Program-made: the position numbers and the translations under genes
Source of the DNA: Nitrosopumilus sp.
GTDB lineage: Archaea > Thermoproteota > Nitrososphaeria > Nitrososphaerales > Nitrosopumilaceae
DNA length: 64,000 bases
Direction: 5' to 3'
Assembly (NCBI GenBank): GCA_963662625.1
Contig: OY759726.1
Span: 32,001-96,000 of the forward strand
In this document: piece after piece, positions 51,036 through 59,274 of the stretch
Numbering within the stretch: position 1 is the first letter of the stretch
How the letters are laid out: each line of letters starts with the position of its first letter
Notes under the pieces: generated by a model
Database searches by the model: none
The model's input: the letters and a program-made list of their open reading frames with translations, nothing else
What the model was told of the DNA's origin: nothing

Positions 51036-51150
51036 CCCGGGCGGGGGTTCCCGGGCGGGGGTTCCCGGGCGGGGGTTCCCGGGCGGGGGTTCCCGGGCGG
51101 GGGTTCCCGGGCGGGGGTTCCCGGGCGGGGGTTCCCGGGCGACGGTTCCC
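51036..51150. repeat. 14-bp tandem repeat CCCGGGCGGGGGTT x7 plus one degenerate copy
   Basis: Read directly from the sequence; intergenic between divergent genes. Confidence 0.95.
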
Positions 51151-51273
51151 GCACGCAGGCGCGCCGCCGCGCGGACGCGGGGCGATCGGGCGCCCGTTAG
51201 CTGTGCCTACACACAATTAACCATCAGAAATTAGGTAAAACTGATAAAAAGCTAGGCGGCGTACACTCCAACG

Positions 51274-52185
51274 ATGCTAAGGAACGCGGCGGGCACGGGA
51301 TCAAGGTGTCCCTCGTGCGGCGGCAGGGGGATGGTCACCGACGAGGACACGGGGGAGCTCTTCTGCGGCAAGTGCGGCTTTGTGCTGACCGAGAAGATCG
51401 CGGACACGGGCGCAGAGTGGAGGTCGTTTGCAAGCGACGACGCCAACAGGGCGAGGACCGGGGCCGGCACGTCGCTTGCGATGCACGACATGGGGCTGTC
51501 CACGGTGATCGGCGCCTCGAACAAGGACTCCACCGGCAAGCCGCTTTCGGCCAGCATGAAGAACTCCATCGAGAGGCTGCGGACGTGGGACAGCAGGACG
51601 CAGGCCCACTCGTCGGCGGACAGGAACCTCAGGCAGGCGCTAAACGAGATGGGCAAGCTGAAAGACAAGCTGGCCCTGACCGACGCGGTGCTGGACAAGG
51701 CGGCGTACACGTACAGGAAGGCGATGGAAAAGAAGCTCGTCAGGGGCCGCTCGATCCACGGGATGGTGGCGGCGTGCATCTACGCCGCGTGCAGGGACAC
51801 CGAGACCCCCAGGACGCTCGACGACATCGCCGGCGGGATCAACATCAGGAGGAAGGACGTCGCGAGGTGCTACAGGCTGATCTTCAGGGAGCTCGAGCTG
51901 AAGATGCCGGTGGTGGACCCGGTGAAGGGGGTCGCGAGGATCGCCAGCATCGCCGACCTCAGCGAGAAGAACAAGAGGAAGGCCATAGCAATCCTGGACC
52001 AGGCAAAGAAGATCGGCATGGTGGCGGGGAAGGATCCCATGGGGATCGCCGCCGCCGCGCTGTACCTGGCGTGCATAAGCACCGGAGAGACAAAGTCGCA
52101 AAAGGACATATCCGTCGCCTCCGGGGTGACCGAGGTCACGATCAGGAACAGGTGCGCGGGGCTGCGAAGGATGCTCCAAAAGTAG
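51274..52185 (+). CDS. tfb: Transcription initiation factor IIB
   Basis: Zn ribbon CPSC...CGKCG, 'EWRSF', two cyclin repeats, 'GVTEVTIRNR'. Confidence 0.96.
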   Translation: MLRNAAGTGSRCPSCGGRGMVTDEDTGELFCGKCGFVLTEKIADTGAEWRSFASDDANRARTGAGTSLAMHDMGLSTVIGASNKDSTGKPLSASMKNSIERLRTWDSRTQAHSSADRNLRQALNEMGKLKDKLALTDAVLDKAAYTYRKAMEKKLVRGRSIHGMVAACIYAACRDTETPRTLDDIAGGINIRRKDVARCYRLIFRELELKMPVVDPVKGVARIASIADLSEKNKRKAIAILDQAKKIGMVAGKDPMGIAAAALYLACISTGETKSQKDISVASGVTEVTIRNRCAGLRRMLQK

Positions 52186-52195
52186 GCGCGCACGC

Positions 52196-52588
52196 TCAGA
52201 ATATGCCCGCGTCGGCCTGCGTCAGCGGGGATGCCGCCCTGATGATCCTGAACGGGATCCTCCCGAAGCTGAGCCCCTTCTCGGCGGAGACCAGCAGCAC
52301 GTCGTCGCCCGGCAGCGGGAAGCTGATGATTATCACCTTGTCGCGGTACGACATGGAAAAGTGGACCGGCCCGAACTCCCTGTCAAACTCGTGCCTCATG
52401 CGCACCCGCAGCGCGATCTCCATGAACATCATCTCGTCCTGCTTCTTGGCCTCGAGGGACTCCAGGCCCTTCCTCATGCCGCCCGCCACCAGGTGGCCGC
52501 GGCCGTTGATTATCCGGGCGGACCTGATCTTGGGATCCATCCCGAGTATCTTCTGGCAGATCTTCTCGAGATCCTCGACGCGTGCCAC
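52196..52588 (-). CDS. Thaumarchaeal roadblock-like small protein (DUF6659-like)
   Basis: 'IRSARIIN..G.LVAGG', 'EFDREFGPV.FSMSYR.KV..ISFP'. Confidence 0.7.
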   Translation of the reverse strand: MARVEDLEKICQKILGMDPKIRSARIINGRGHLVAGGMRKGLESLEAKKQDEMMFMEIALRVRMRHEFDREFGPVHFSMSYRDKVIIISFPLPGDDVLLVSAEKGLSFGRIPFRIIRAASPLTQADAGIF

Positions 52589-52638
52589 GGCGTGGGTTGG
52601 CGCGCGAGCTATTTATTGAGAGCTGTGCAAGTAGGCCC

Positions 52639-53220
52639 ATGGCCGCAGACGCGCAGAAGGACGCCACGGATTACTACAGGCACCTGTCGCTGTTCTGGAC
52701 GGACATAATCCACCTGATGGCCAGCAAGCCGCAGGCGCTGACCTCCATCGGCCCGATGAGGGCGTTTGCCGCCAACTCCAAGAAGATATCCACCGAGATC
52801 GTGGACATCAACGAGAAGCTCCTGGAGTTCAACGGGTACCTGACGGAGTACTACAAGCAGCTGTCCGAGACCTGGTCGGAGGCCCAGAACAAGTTCAACT
52901 ACAAGGCACCCAAGATCCCGCAGGACGTGGAGCAGGCGGACGCGTTCAAGCGGGTGTGGATAGACATATTCGACAACGACTTTACCGAGCTGTTCGACTC
53001 CAAGGAGTTCGGCGAGAACTACGGGAAGCTGGTGTCAAAGGAGCTGGAGCTTACGCGCCACTGGAACAACATCGCAAACGTGATCCTCCAGTCGGCAAAC
53101 CTCCCGAGCAAGGAGGAGATCGACGAGGTCTACAGGGAGATCCACGGCCTGAAGAGGCGGATCGCGAAGCTGGAACTGCGGGCGAAGAAGAAGCAGGGGG
53201 GCGGCAGGGGTGCAAAGTGA
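52639..53220 (+). CDS. phaE: PHA synthase subunit PhaE
   Basis: C-terminal 'NLPSKEEIDEVYREIHGLKRRI'; overlaps phaC. Confidence 0.85.
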   Translation: MAADAQKDATDYYRHLSLFWTDIIHLMASKPQALTSIGPMRAFAANSKKISTEIVDINEKLLEFNGYLTEYYKQLSETWSEAQNKFNYKAPKIPQDVEQADAFKRVWIDIFDNDFTELFDSKEFGENYGKLVSKELELTRHWNNIANVILQSANLPSKEEIDEVYREIHGLKRRIAKLELRAKKKQGGGRGAK

Positions 53221-54277
53221 GTCCAGGGTAGACCCCAGGATGATCGAGGAGATCCTGAAGTTCGGCAGGAACGTCGTGGACGCCCCGAACCGGGTCGCGG
53301 CGCCCGACGAGATCAGCATGGAGGTGACCCCCCACGACGTCGTCCAGGAGATAGACAAGACCAGGCTGCTGCACTACAGGGGGCTGACCGACAGGCAGCA
53401 CAGGACCCCGCTGCTGATCTCGTACGCGCTGATCAACAGGTACCACATCCTGGACATCCAGCCCCAGAAGAGCTGGGTGAGGAACCTGCTGGAGCAGGGG
53501 TTTGACGTGTACATGCTGGACTGGGGCACGCCGACCAACATGGACAAGTACCTCGACTTTGACGACTACGTCAACGGGTACCTGGACAACTACATGGAGT
53601 ACGTGAAGAACGAGTCGTCCTCGGAGCAGGTGTCCCTGCAGGGGTACTGCACCGGGGCGACGCTGGCCACGGCGTACGCGTCGCTGCACCCCGAGAGCGT
53701 CCGGAACTTCGTCGCCACCGCGCCCGTGATCGACGGGTGGAGGGACACGACGGTGATCAGCAACCTGGCGAAGCACGTGGACGTGGACAAGATGGTGGGG
53801 GTCATCGGCAACATGCCCCCGGAGTTCATGTACTACTGCTTTTCCGTCCTCAAGCCGTTCGAGCAGGGGATCGAGAAATACGTCAACTTCTTCAAGAACA
53901 TAGACAACCCGAAGTTCGTCGACAGCTTCCTGCGCGTCGAGAGGTGGCTCGGGGACACGCCGGCGATCCCGGGCCAGCTGTTCAGGCAGTGGATCAAGGA
54001 CATCTACCAGAAGAACCGCCTGGTGCAGAACAGGATGTGGATCGGCGGCAGGCGCGTGGACCTGAAGAGGATCCGCATGCCGATATTCACCCAGGTCGCC
54101 GTGGGGGACCACCTGGTGTCCCCGGAATGCAGCATGCCGCTCCACTACGCGGTGGGCAGCCAGGACAAGACGCTCAGGGTATACCCGACGGGGCACGTCG
54201 GGATGATCGCGAGCTCGCTGTCCCAGAAGAGGGTGCTGCCCGAGCTCGGCCGGTGGCTCGCGGAGAGGTCGGACTAG
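53210..54277 (+). CDS. phaC: Class III PHA synthase PhaC
   Basis: 'YALINR..ILDIQP', lipase-like box 'GYCTGA', 'DHLV', 'TGHVG'. Confidence 0.93.
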   Translation: MQSESRVDPRMIEEILKFGRNVVDAPNRVAAPDEISMEVTPHDVVQEIDKTRLLHYRGLTDRQHRTPLLISYALINRYHILDIQPQKSWVRNLLEQGFDVYMLDWGTPTNMDKYLDFDDYVNGYLDNYMEYVKNESSSEQVSLQGYCTGATLATAYASLHPESVRNFVATAPVIDGWRDTTVISNLAKHVDVDKMVGVIGNMPPEFMYYCFSVLKPFEQGIEKYVNFFKNIDNPKFVDSFLRVERWLGDTPAIPGQLFRQWIKDIYQKNRLVQNRMWIGGRRVDLKRIRMPIFTQVAVGDHLVSPECSMPLHYAVGSQDKTLRVYPTGHVGMIASSLSQKRVLPELGRWLAERSD

Positions 54278-54334
54278 GGCCCGGCGTAACGGATCCCGGC
54301 CCTGGCAGGGACGGTTCCGGGCGCAACCCGCGCG

Positions 54335-56500
54335 TCAGTGGCCGCCGTGCGCCGCGTGGGCGGTTCCCTGGAAGCCGAACATGACCGTCTTTTCATGGCC
54401 GCCGTGCAGCGAGTGGTACTCGAACCCGCCGTTCGAAGTGCTCGGGGCGAACCCCCCGGGGATCGCCGACTGGATCAGCACGTTGTCGGGCATCACGCCG
54501 GCGATCGTGAAGTTTCCGCCGGCGTCAGTCGAGCCGGCCTCCTGCTGGCCGGTGGTCAGGGAGGTGACGGTGACCGTGACTCCGGGCAGGCCCGGCTCGC
54601 CGGATTCCCGGACGCCGTTTATGTTGGCATCGTGGTACACCGTGCCCGAGACGGTCGCGGTGTCCCCCGCATGGATGTGGCGCATCGGGAAGTCGAGGGT
54701 CGACTGCTTGCCGGCGTGAAGCCGCTCGTACGCAAACGTGGAATGGCCCGCCTGCGGGAGGTGATCCGCGGGAATCAGGCCGGTCTGGACCAGTACCATG
54801 TCGGGCATCACGCCGGCAAACTCGTAGACGCCCCTCCAGTTCGTCTCGGTGGTCAGCAGCCTGCCCGAGGACAGCTCGTACAGGGACACCTGGACCCTGG
54901 GGAACCCCGCCTCGCCCGGATCGTGCAGGCCGTTCCCGTTGTCGTCCTCGTGGATGATCCCGGCCAGGGACGCGGCCTCGTCTGCCGTGATCTCGTCCAG
55001 CGGAAAGTCCACCGTGGCGGAGGAGGACGCCGCCAGCGTCTCGTAGGTGAAGAAGTCAAAGCCGCCGGCCATGAGGTATCCCACGGGAAGCGCGCCGACC
55101 TGTACCAGGTTCACGCCGGGAAGCAGGCCGGTTATGGAGTACGCGCCGCTGCCGTCGGTCGTGGTCCGGGTGACCTCCCCGGTCAGCAGATCGATGGCCA
55201 TCACGGCGATGCCGCCGACCCCGGGCTCTCCCGCGTCCTGCACGCCGTTCCCGTTGGCGTCGGAGAAAGCGGTGCCGCCCACTGCCGGGGCGGTCGAGGG
55301 GTCGGCCCTCTGCAGCGGAAAGTCCGCGGTGGCCGGCGCGTCCGCTGACACGGTTGGCCTGTTGAAGTAATCATGGCCGGGTGGCGTCACGTAGCCGTTG
55401 GGTATCGTGATCTGGACAAGGTAGCTGCCGGGGATCAGCCCGGTAAAGGAGAACCCGCCGTCGGGGCCGGTGATCGCCAGCGTGGCGGCCTCGGGTTCCT
55501 CGTAGTATATGACCAGCACCGTCGTCTCCACGCCGGGCTCCCCGGCGTCGGGGGCGCCGTTCCCGTTCGAGTCGACGAAGACCGTCCCGGAGACCGATCC
55601 CAGGGCCTCGATCACGGTCACGGTGACGCCGGGTGACGCCGCGGAGGAGTTCCCGAACCCGTCGGTCGCGGTGGCAGTCAGGATGTGGGCACCCCCCGCG
55701 AGCGGGGCTGCCGCCTGCAGTATCCACGCGCCCGAGGACGAAGATACGGCCGTCCCGATTGAATCCGTCCCGCTGAAGACCTCGACGAAGACGCCGGGGC
55801 CGGCCGTCCCGCGTATGGCGGGGGTGGGGGTCACCTTGGACGAGTCTGAGGGGCTTATGATCGTGGGGGCGGCCACGGCCGGGCCGTGCGCATGGTCGGA
55901 GGGGCACACGTCGGCCGCCATGATCGTCCCGGCGTAGGTCCCCTCCATGCTCGCGATGGGCCCGCCGGATACGCCGGGGATCAGCGAGGAGCTGCCCGTC
56001 AGGAGGTCTACCAGGCGGAGGCTGTTCTTCTCGCCTGGGGCGCCGTTGTGCACGTGTATCCCGGTCACGTTGCGCAGCCCGCTGGCCGTGATGCTAAAGT
56101 CGACGCTCGGGTGGTGGCCCGAGGCGTTGGCCGTGAATGCCAGGTCCGCCGTGGCCGTGACGCCCGCCCAGGGGGAGCTGTCCGCGCCGTCGCCAAACAC
56201 GTTCTGGGAGGCGTCAGCCGAGGCGGAGAACGTGCCGTGGCCTCCCTGCGCGATGTCTCCCCTTATCTCGCCGGGGGAGTCGAGGTCTCCGGGGCCGGTG
56301 TTTTTGGGATCCACGCCGTCGTCGGTGTGGAACTGGACGTAGGCGCGCCCGGCTGCCATCTCGCCCACCAGGTGGGCTATGGTGGCCGTGCATTCCCGGG
56401 GCTGGACCGGGGGGTGGTCCGCGAGGGACTGGCCCGGGGAGCCGGCCATCATGGACAGCGTGACTGCCAACACGAACGCCAGAGAGGTTTTCGCCCACAT
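54335..56500 (-). CDS. Secreted surface protein: CHRD-like domain, Ig-like domain and four SdrD-B/CnaB-like repeats
   Basis: Signal peptide 'MWAKTSLAFVLAVTL'; repeats of 'SGTVF.D.NGNG..D.GEPG'; TTATAA 24-29 nt upstream. Confidence 0.85.
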   Translation of the reverse strand: MWAKTSLAFVLAVTLSMMAGSPGQSLADHPPVQPRECTATIAHLVGEMAAGRAYVQFHTDDGVDPKNTGPGDLDSPGEIRGDIAQGGHGTFSASADASQNVFGDGADSSPWAGVTATADLAFTANASGHHPSVDFSITASGLRNVTGIHVHNGAPGEKNSLRLVDLLTGSSSLIPGVSGGPIASMEGTYAGTIMAADVCPSDHAHGPAVAAPTIISPSDSSKVTPTPAIRGTAGPGVFVEVFSGTDSIGTAVSSSSGAWILQAAAPLAGGAHILTATATDGFGNSSAASPGVTVTVIEALGSVSGTVFVDSNGNGAPDAGEPGVETTVLVIYYEEPEAATLAITGPDGGFSFTGLIPGSYLVQITIPNGYVTPPGHDYFNRPTVSADAPATADFPLQRADPSTAPAVGGTAFSDANGNGVQDAGEPGVGGIAVMAIDLLTGEVTRTTTDGSGAYSITGLLPGVNLVQVGALPVGYLMAGGFDFFTYETLAASSSATVDFPLDEITADEAASLAGIIHEDDNGNGLHDPGEAGFPRVQVSLYELSSGRLLTTETNWRGVYEFAGVMPDMVLVQTGLIPADHLPQAGHSTFAYERLHAGKQSTLDFPMRHIHAGDTATVSGTVYHDANINGVRESGEPGLPGVTVTVTSLTTGQQEAGSTDAGGNFTIAGVMPDNVLIQSAIPGGFAPSTSNGGFEYHSLHGGHEKTVMFGFQGTAHAAHGGH

Positions 56501-56543
56501 GTGGGCATACGGGCACGCATAGGTTATAAGAAACTTTTTTCCC

Positions 56544-56606
56544 GTTCGAGAGACATACCAGTCTGTTCGAGGGACATGCCAGCCTGTTCGAGGGACATGC
56601 CAGCAC
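56544..56606. promoter_or_regulatory. Three 21-bp direct repeats just upstream of the TATA box of the surface-protein gene
   Basis: GTTCGAGAGACATACCAGTCT / GTTCGAGGGACATGCCAGCCT / GTTCGAGGGACATGCCAGCAC. Confidence 0.7.
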
Positions 56607-56618
56607 TGTGCCGGGGCG

Positions 56619-57140
56619 TCAGTAGTACGAGAAAGAGTCCGCGAACCTGTCCGCCAGGGAGTCGGCGCGCATGATCCCGGAATTTTCCAGGATCTCCCTC
56701 GCGAGGCGGCAGTCGCACAGCGAATACCTCCTCTGGAACCCGGGGACCACCATGACCACGCCGCCCCCGACCAGCTGCTTGAGCGTGTACGACACGGTGG
56801 CAGGGCTCTTGCGCACCGCGCGCGCGACCTCCGCAAACGTCGCGGCCTCCACGTCCAGGAGAAGGAGGATGATTCCCCTGCAGGTCTCCTTCCGCAGGCT
56901 GATTATGATGCCGTCCCTGCCGGGATCGGACATGGGCGGGAAGAACCAGGTCAGCCTCCCCTTTCTCATCACCCTAAGCCTCCCGCCCTCCTCCAGCTTC
57001 CTCAGGTGGTGGCTGAGGATCCCGTTGGCTAGCCCGGTGCGCCTGAGCAGGTCCTGGTAGTTGGATCCGGGGCGCCTTTCCACCAGCGCGCATATCATCC
57101 TCCTCCTCGACTCGGGGCGCGGGGCGGTTCCTCCGTCCAT
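56619..57140 (-). CDS. Double winged-HTH transcriptional regulator (archaeal ArsR/MarR-like)
   Basis: 'RPGSNYQDLLRRTGLANGILSHHLRKLEE' and 'ATFAEVARAVRKSPATVSYTLKQL'. Confidence 0.88.
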   Translation of the reverse strand: MDGGTAPRPESRRRMICALVERRPGSNYQDLLRRTGLANGILSHHLRKLEEGGRLRVMRKGRLTWFFPPMSDPGRDGIIISLRKETCRGIILLLLDVEAATFAEVARAVRKSPATVSYTLKQLVGGGVVMVVPGFQRRYSLCDCRLAREILENSGIMRADSLADRFADSFSYY

Positions 57141-57141
57141 C

Positions 57142-57525
57142 CTAATCCGTCCTGAATATCCCCACGGAAAAAAACGCCAGCATCAGCAGGATCATCCCCG
57201 ACGTCACGATCGAGTCGGTGCTGGTATAGGATGCCCAGAACACGAACACGGTGTTCAGGGCAAACAGGATCTCCGCCGACGTCACGGCGAAAAACGCGCA
57301 CATCATCAGAAGCAGCCGAGTGGTCCTGTACCTGAGGTAGGCGATGGCGCCGACGACGGACAGGAAGGAGCCAAGTATGATGCTGGCCACGTGTATCCCC
57401 ATGTGCAGCCCGTGGCCGTGCATGAAATGGGGGAGGAACGCCGGGATCGAGGACGTCAGCAGGACCGCGGAGACGAATAACAGTATCCGGACCTTAGTCC
57501 TGCCGTCGAGCCGTACGTGCTGCAC
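57142..57525 (-). CDS. Four-helix membrane protein with His-rich loop
   Basis: Hydrophobic helices; 'PHFMHGHGLHMGIH'; stop 1 nt before the regulator's ATG. Confidence 0.75.
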   Translation of the reverse strand: MQHVRLDGRTKVRILLFVSAVLLTSSIPAFLPHFMHGHGLHMGIHVASIILGSFLSVVGAIAYLRYRTTRLLLMMCAFFAVTSAEILFALNTVFVFWASYTSTDSIVTSGMILLMLAFFSVGIFRTD

Positions 57526-57630
57526 GCATCAGGTCGGGCGCCCCCGCCTTATAAGGTGGACTGGTAGAAGCGTCAAAGCCCCCCGGGCGGACCGGCTCCG
57601 TTAATATTCTTGGACGTGCCGGGACAGTGC

Positions 57631-58533
57631 ATGATGCGCGCCGCAACGGCCCTGCCCCCCGTGCTCGGGCTGCTTCTCCTGGCCGGCGCCGCGGGCGCCG
57701 TGGCAGATCACGGCGGCGGCACCAGCGGAGGGTGCACCGGGGACTGCGTGCCGCCGACGCTGGGCACCGACAACGGCGGGAAGCGGCTGGTCAGCGGGGG
57801 GTTCGCGGTAAACGGCAACGCCTTTGACGTCACCTACTTCAAGCAGGACATCCCCACGCAGGAAGTCGCGGTGGGGGAGCCGGTCACCGTCACCCTGACG
57901 GTGTTTGAGGACGCCGGCCCGCAGTTCCTGAGGCACGTGGGGCTGATGATGGGCCTGGAGGACAGGCTCGTGGCGGGGGTCATGACCCAGACGTACCTGG
58001 TACAGGTCCACTGGGAGAGGGACTTTGCGGGGGACGTCACGGTGAGGACCGACGACCCGGGCGGCCTGGTCAGGGACGTCGGCGTGGAAGAGGCCGTCGA
58101 GGGGGACAACAGCGTCATAACGTTCGAGTTCACCCCGGCGCGGGAGTTCGACGCCGGCACCGTGGTCGTCCAGACTTGGGACGCCGAACGGAACCAGTGG
58201 AAGAATTATTTTTACGGCCCGCTGGGGATAACCGCCGCCGGGGCCGGCTCCGCGGGGGGCACCGTCCCGGAGTGGGTGAAGGCCAACGCCGGGTGGTGGG
58301 CGGAGGGCTCCATCGACGACGGCTCGTTCGTCCGGGGGCTGCAGTACCTGGTACGAAACGGCATAATCGACGTCCCGCCGGCCGCGCAGGGGCAGGGGCA
58401 GGGGCCGGGGCCGGACGTGATTCCGGAGTGGGTGAAGGCCAACGCCGGGTGGTGGGCGGAGGGCTCCATCGACGACGGCTCGTTCGTCCGGGCGATCCAG
58501 TACCTGATCACGGCGGGCATCATCGAGACATAG
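57631..58533 (+). CDS. Secreted protein with two thaumarchaeal 'PEWVKANAGWW' C-terminal repeats
   Basis: Signal peptide, 'CTGDCVPPTLG', duplicated C-terminal motif. Confidence 0.85.
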   Translation: MMRAATALPPVLGLLLLAGAAGAVADHGGGTSGGCTGDCVPPTLGTDNGGKRLVSGGFAVNGNAFDVTYFKQDIPTQEVAVGEPVTVTLTVFEDAGPQFLRHVGLMMGLEDRLVAGVMTQTYLVQVHWERDFAGDVTVRTDDPGGLVRDVGVEEAVEGDNSVITFEFTPAREFDAGTVVVQTWDAERNQWKNYFYGPLGITAAGAGSAGGTVPEWVKANAGWWAEGSIDDGSFVRGLQYLVRNGIIDVPPAAQGQGQGPGPDVIPEWVKANAGWWAEGSIDDGSFVRAIQYLITAGIIET

Positions 58534-58563
58534 CGCCGCGCGGCGGCGCGGGCCGGCGGGCCG

Positions 58564-59226
58564 CTACGGGCCGGGCGGGCCCTCCACGGTGAGGAGGCCG
58601 TCCAGGTTCCCGTAAAACTCGTCCACGAACGAGGGGAACCGGTCGACGGGCACGATCGGGACCCTGTCCACAAAGTCCACCCCGTCCTGGTGCAGCGTGA
58701 CGATCACGGGCACGGCCACTGCGCCCCGCGTCTTGGCCACGTAGTGCCTGGTCCTCCCGATCTGTTTTCGCACCGCGGCGGACAGCGCCGGGCGGCCCGA
58801 GCGCCTCCAGTGCTTGCAGTCGATCAGCATCGCCACCCCCAGGCGCACGCCGACCACGTCTATCTCCATCCTGGGCCGCGTCAGGACCAGGTTCCTCATG
58901 ACCGCAAAGCCCATGGAGGACAGCATCCCGGCGACCAAACCCTCGAAGTCCCTCCAGTCGATCGCCTCGGAGACCGAGCCGGCGGGGGCGCCGCACTTGA
59001 GCAGCTCTATGGCGGCCCTCAGCCTGTCGCCGTCCTCGAAGAAGTACTGCCCGCCGCGCCTCCTGCCGATCCCGGCGGCGGCCAGCCCGCCGAGGATCTC
59101 CGCGGACGCGTCCGCCCCGAGCCCGGTCGCCGCCGAAAAGTCCCGGACGGACACGCCGCCGGGTATCATCCCGGGCATGCCGGCCGCCACGTCCGGGGCG
59201 CGCCTTGCCAGGAACCCGTCTCGCAC
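58564..59226 (-). CDS. Mrr-like PD-(D/E)xK restriction-endonuclease-fold protein; start uncertain
   Basis: 'DWRDFEGLVA', 'EIDVVG', 'IDCKHW'. Confidence 0.8.
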   Translation of the reverse strand: MRDGFLARRAPDVAAGMPGMIPGGVSVRDFSAATGLGADASAEILGGLAAAGIGRRRGGQYFFEDGDRLRAAIELLKCGAPAGSVSEAIDWRDFEGLVAGMLSSMGFAVMRNLVLTRPRMEIDVVGVRLGVAMLIDCKHWRRSGRPALSAAVRKQIGRTRHYVAKTRGAVAVPVIVTLHQDGVDFVDRVPIVPVDRFPSFVDEFYGNLDGLLTVEGPPGP

Positions 59227-59274
59227 AAGACACGGCGGGCCGCTGGAAATATTAATCAAGGGCCGGGCCGTGAG

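Noticed and set aside
52639-54277. PHA synthase phaEC as a novelty
   Set aside because: Class III phaEC is already known in thaumarchaea
58564-59226. Mrr-like nuclease as the PT restriction partner
   Set aside because: About 48 kb from dnd, host-like GC, and embedded among core-type genes
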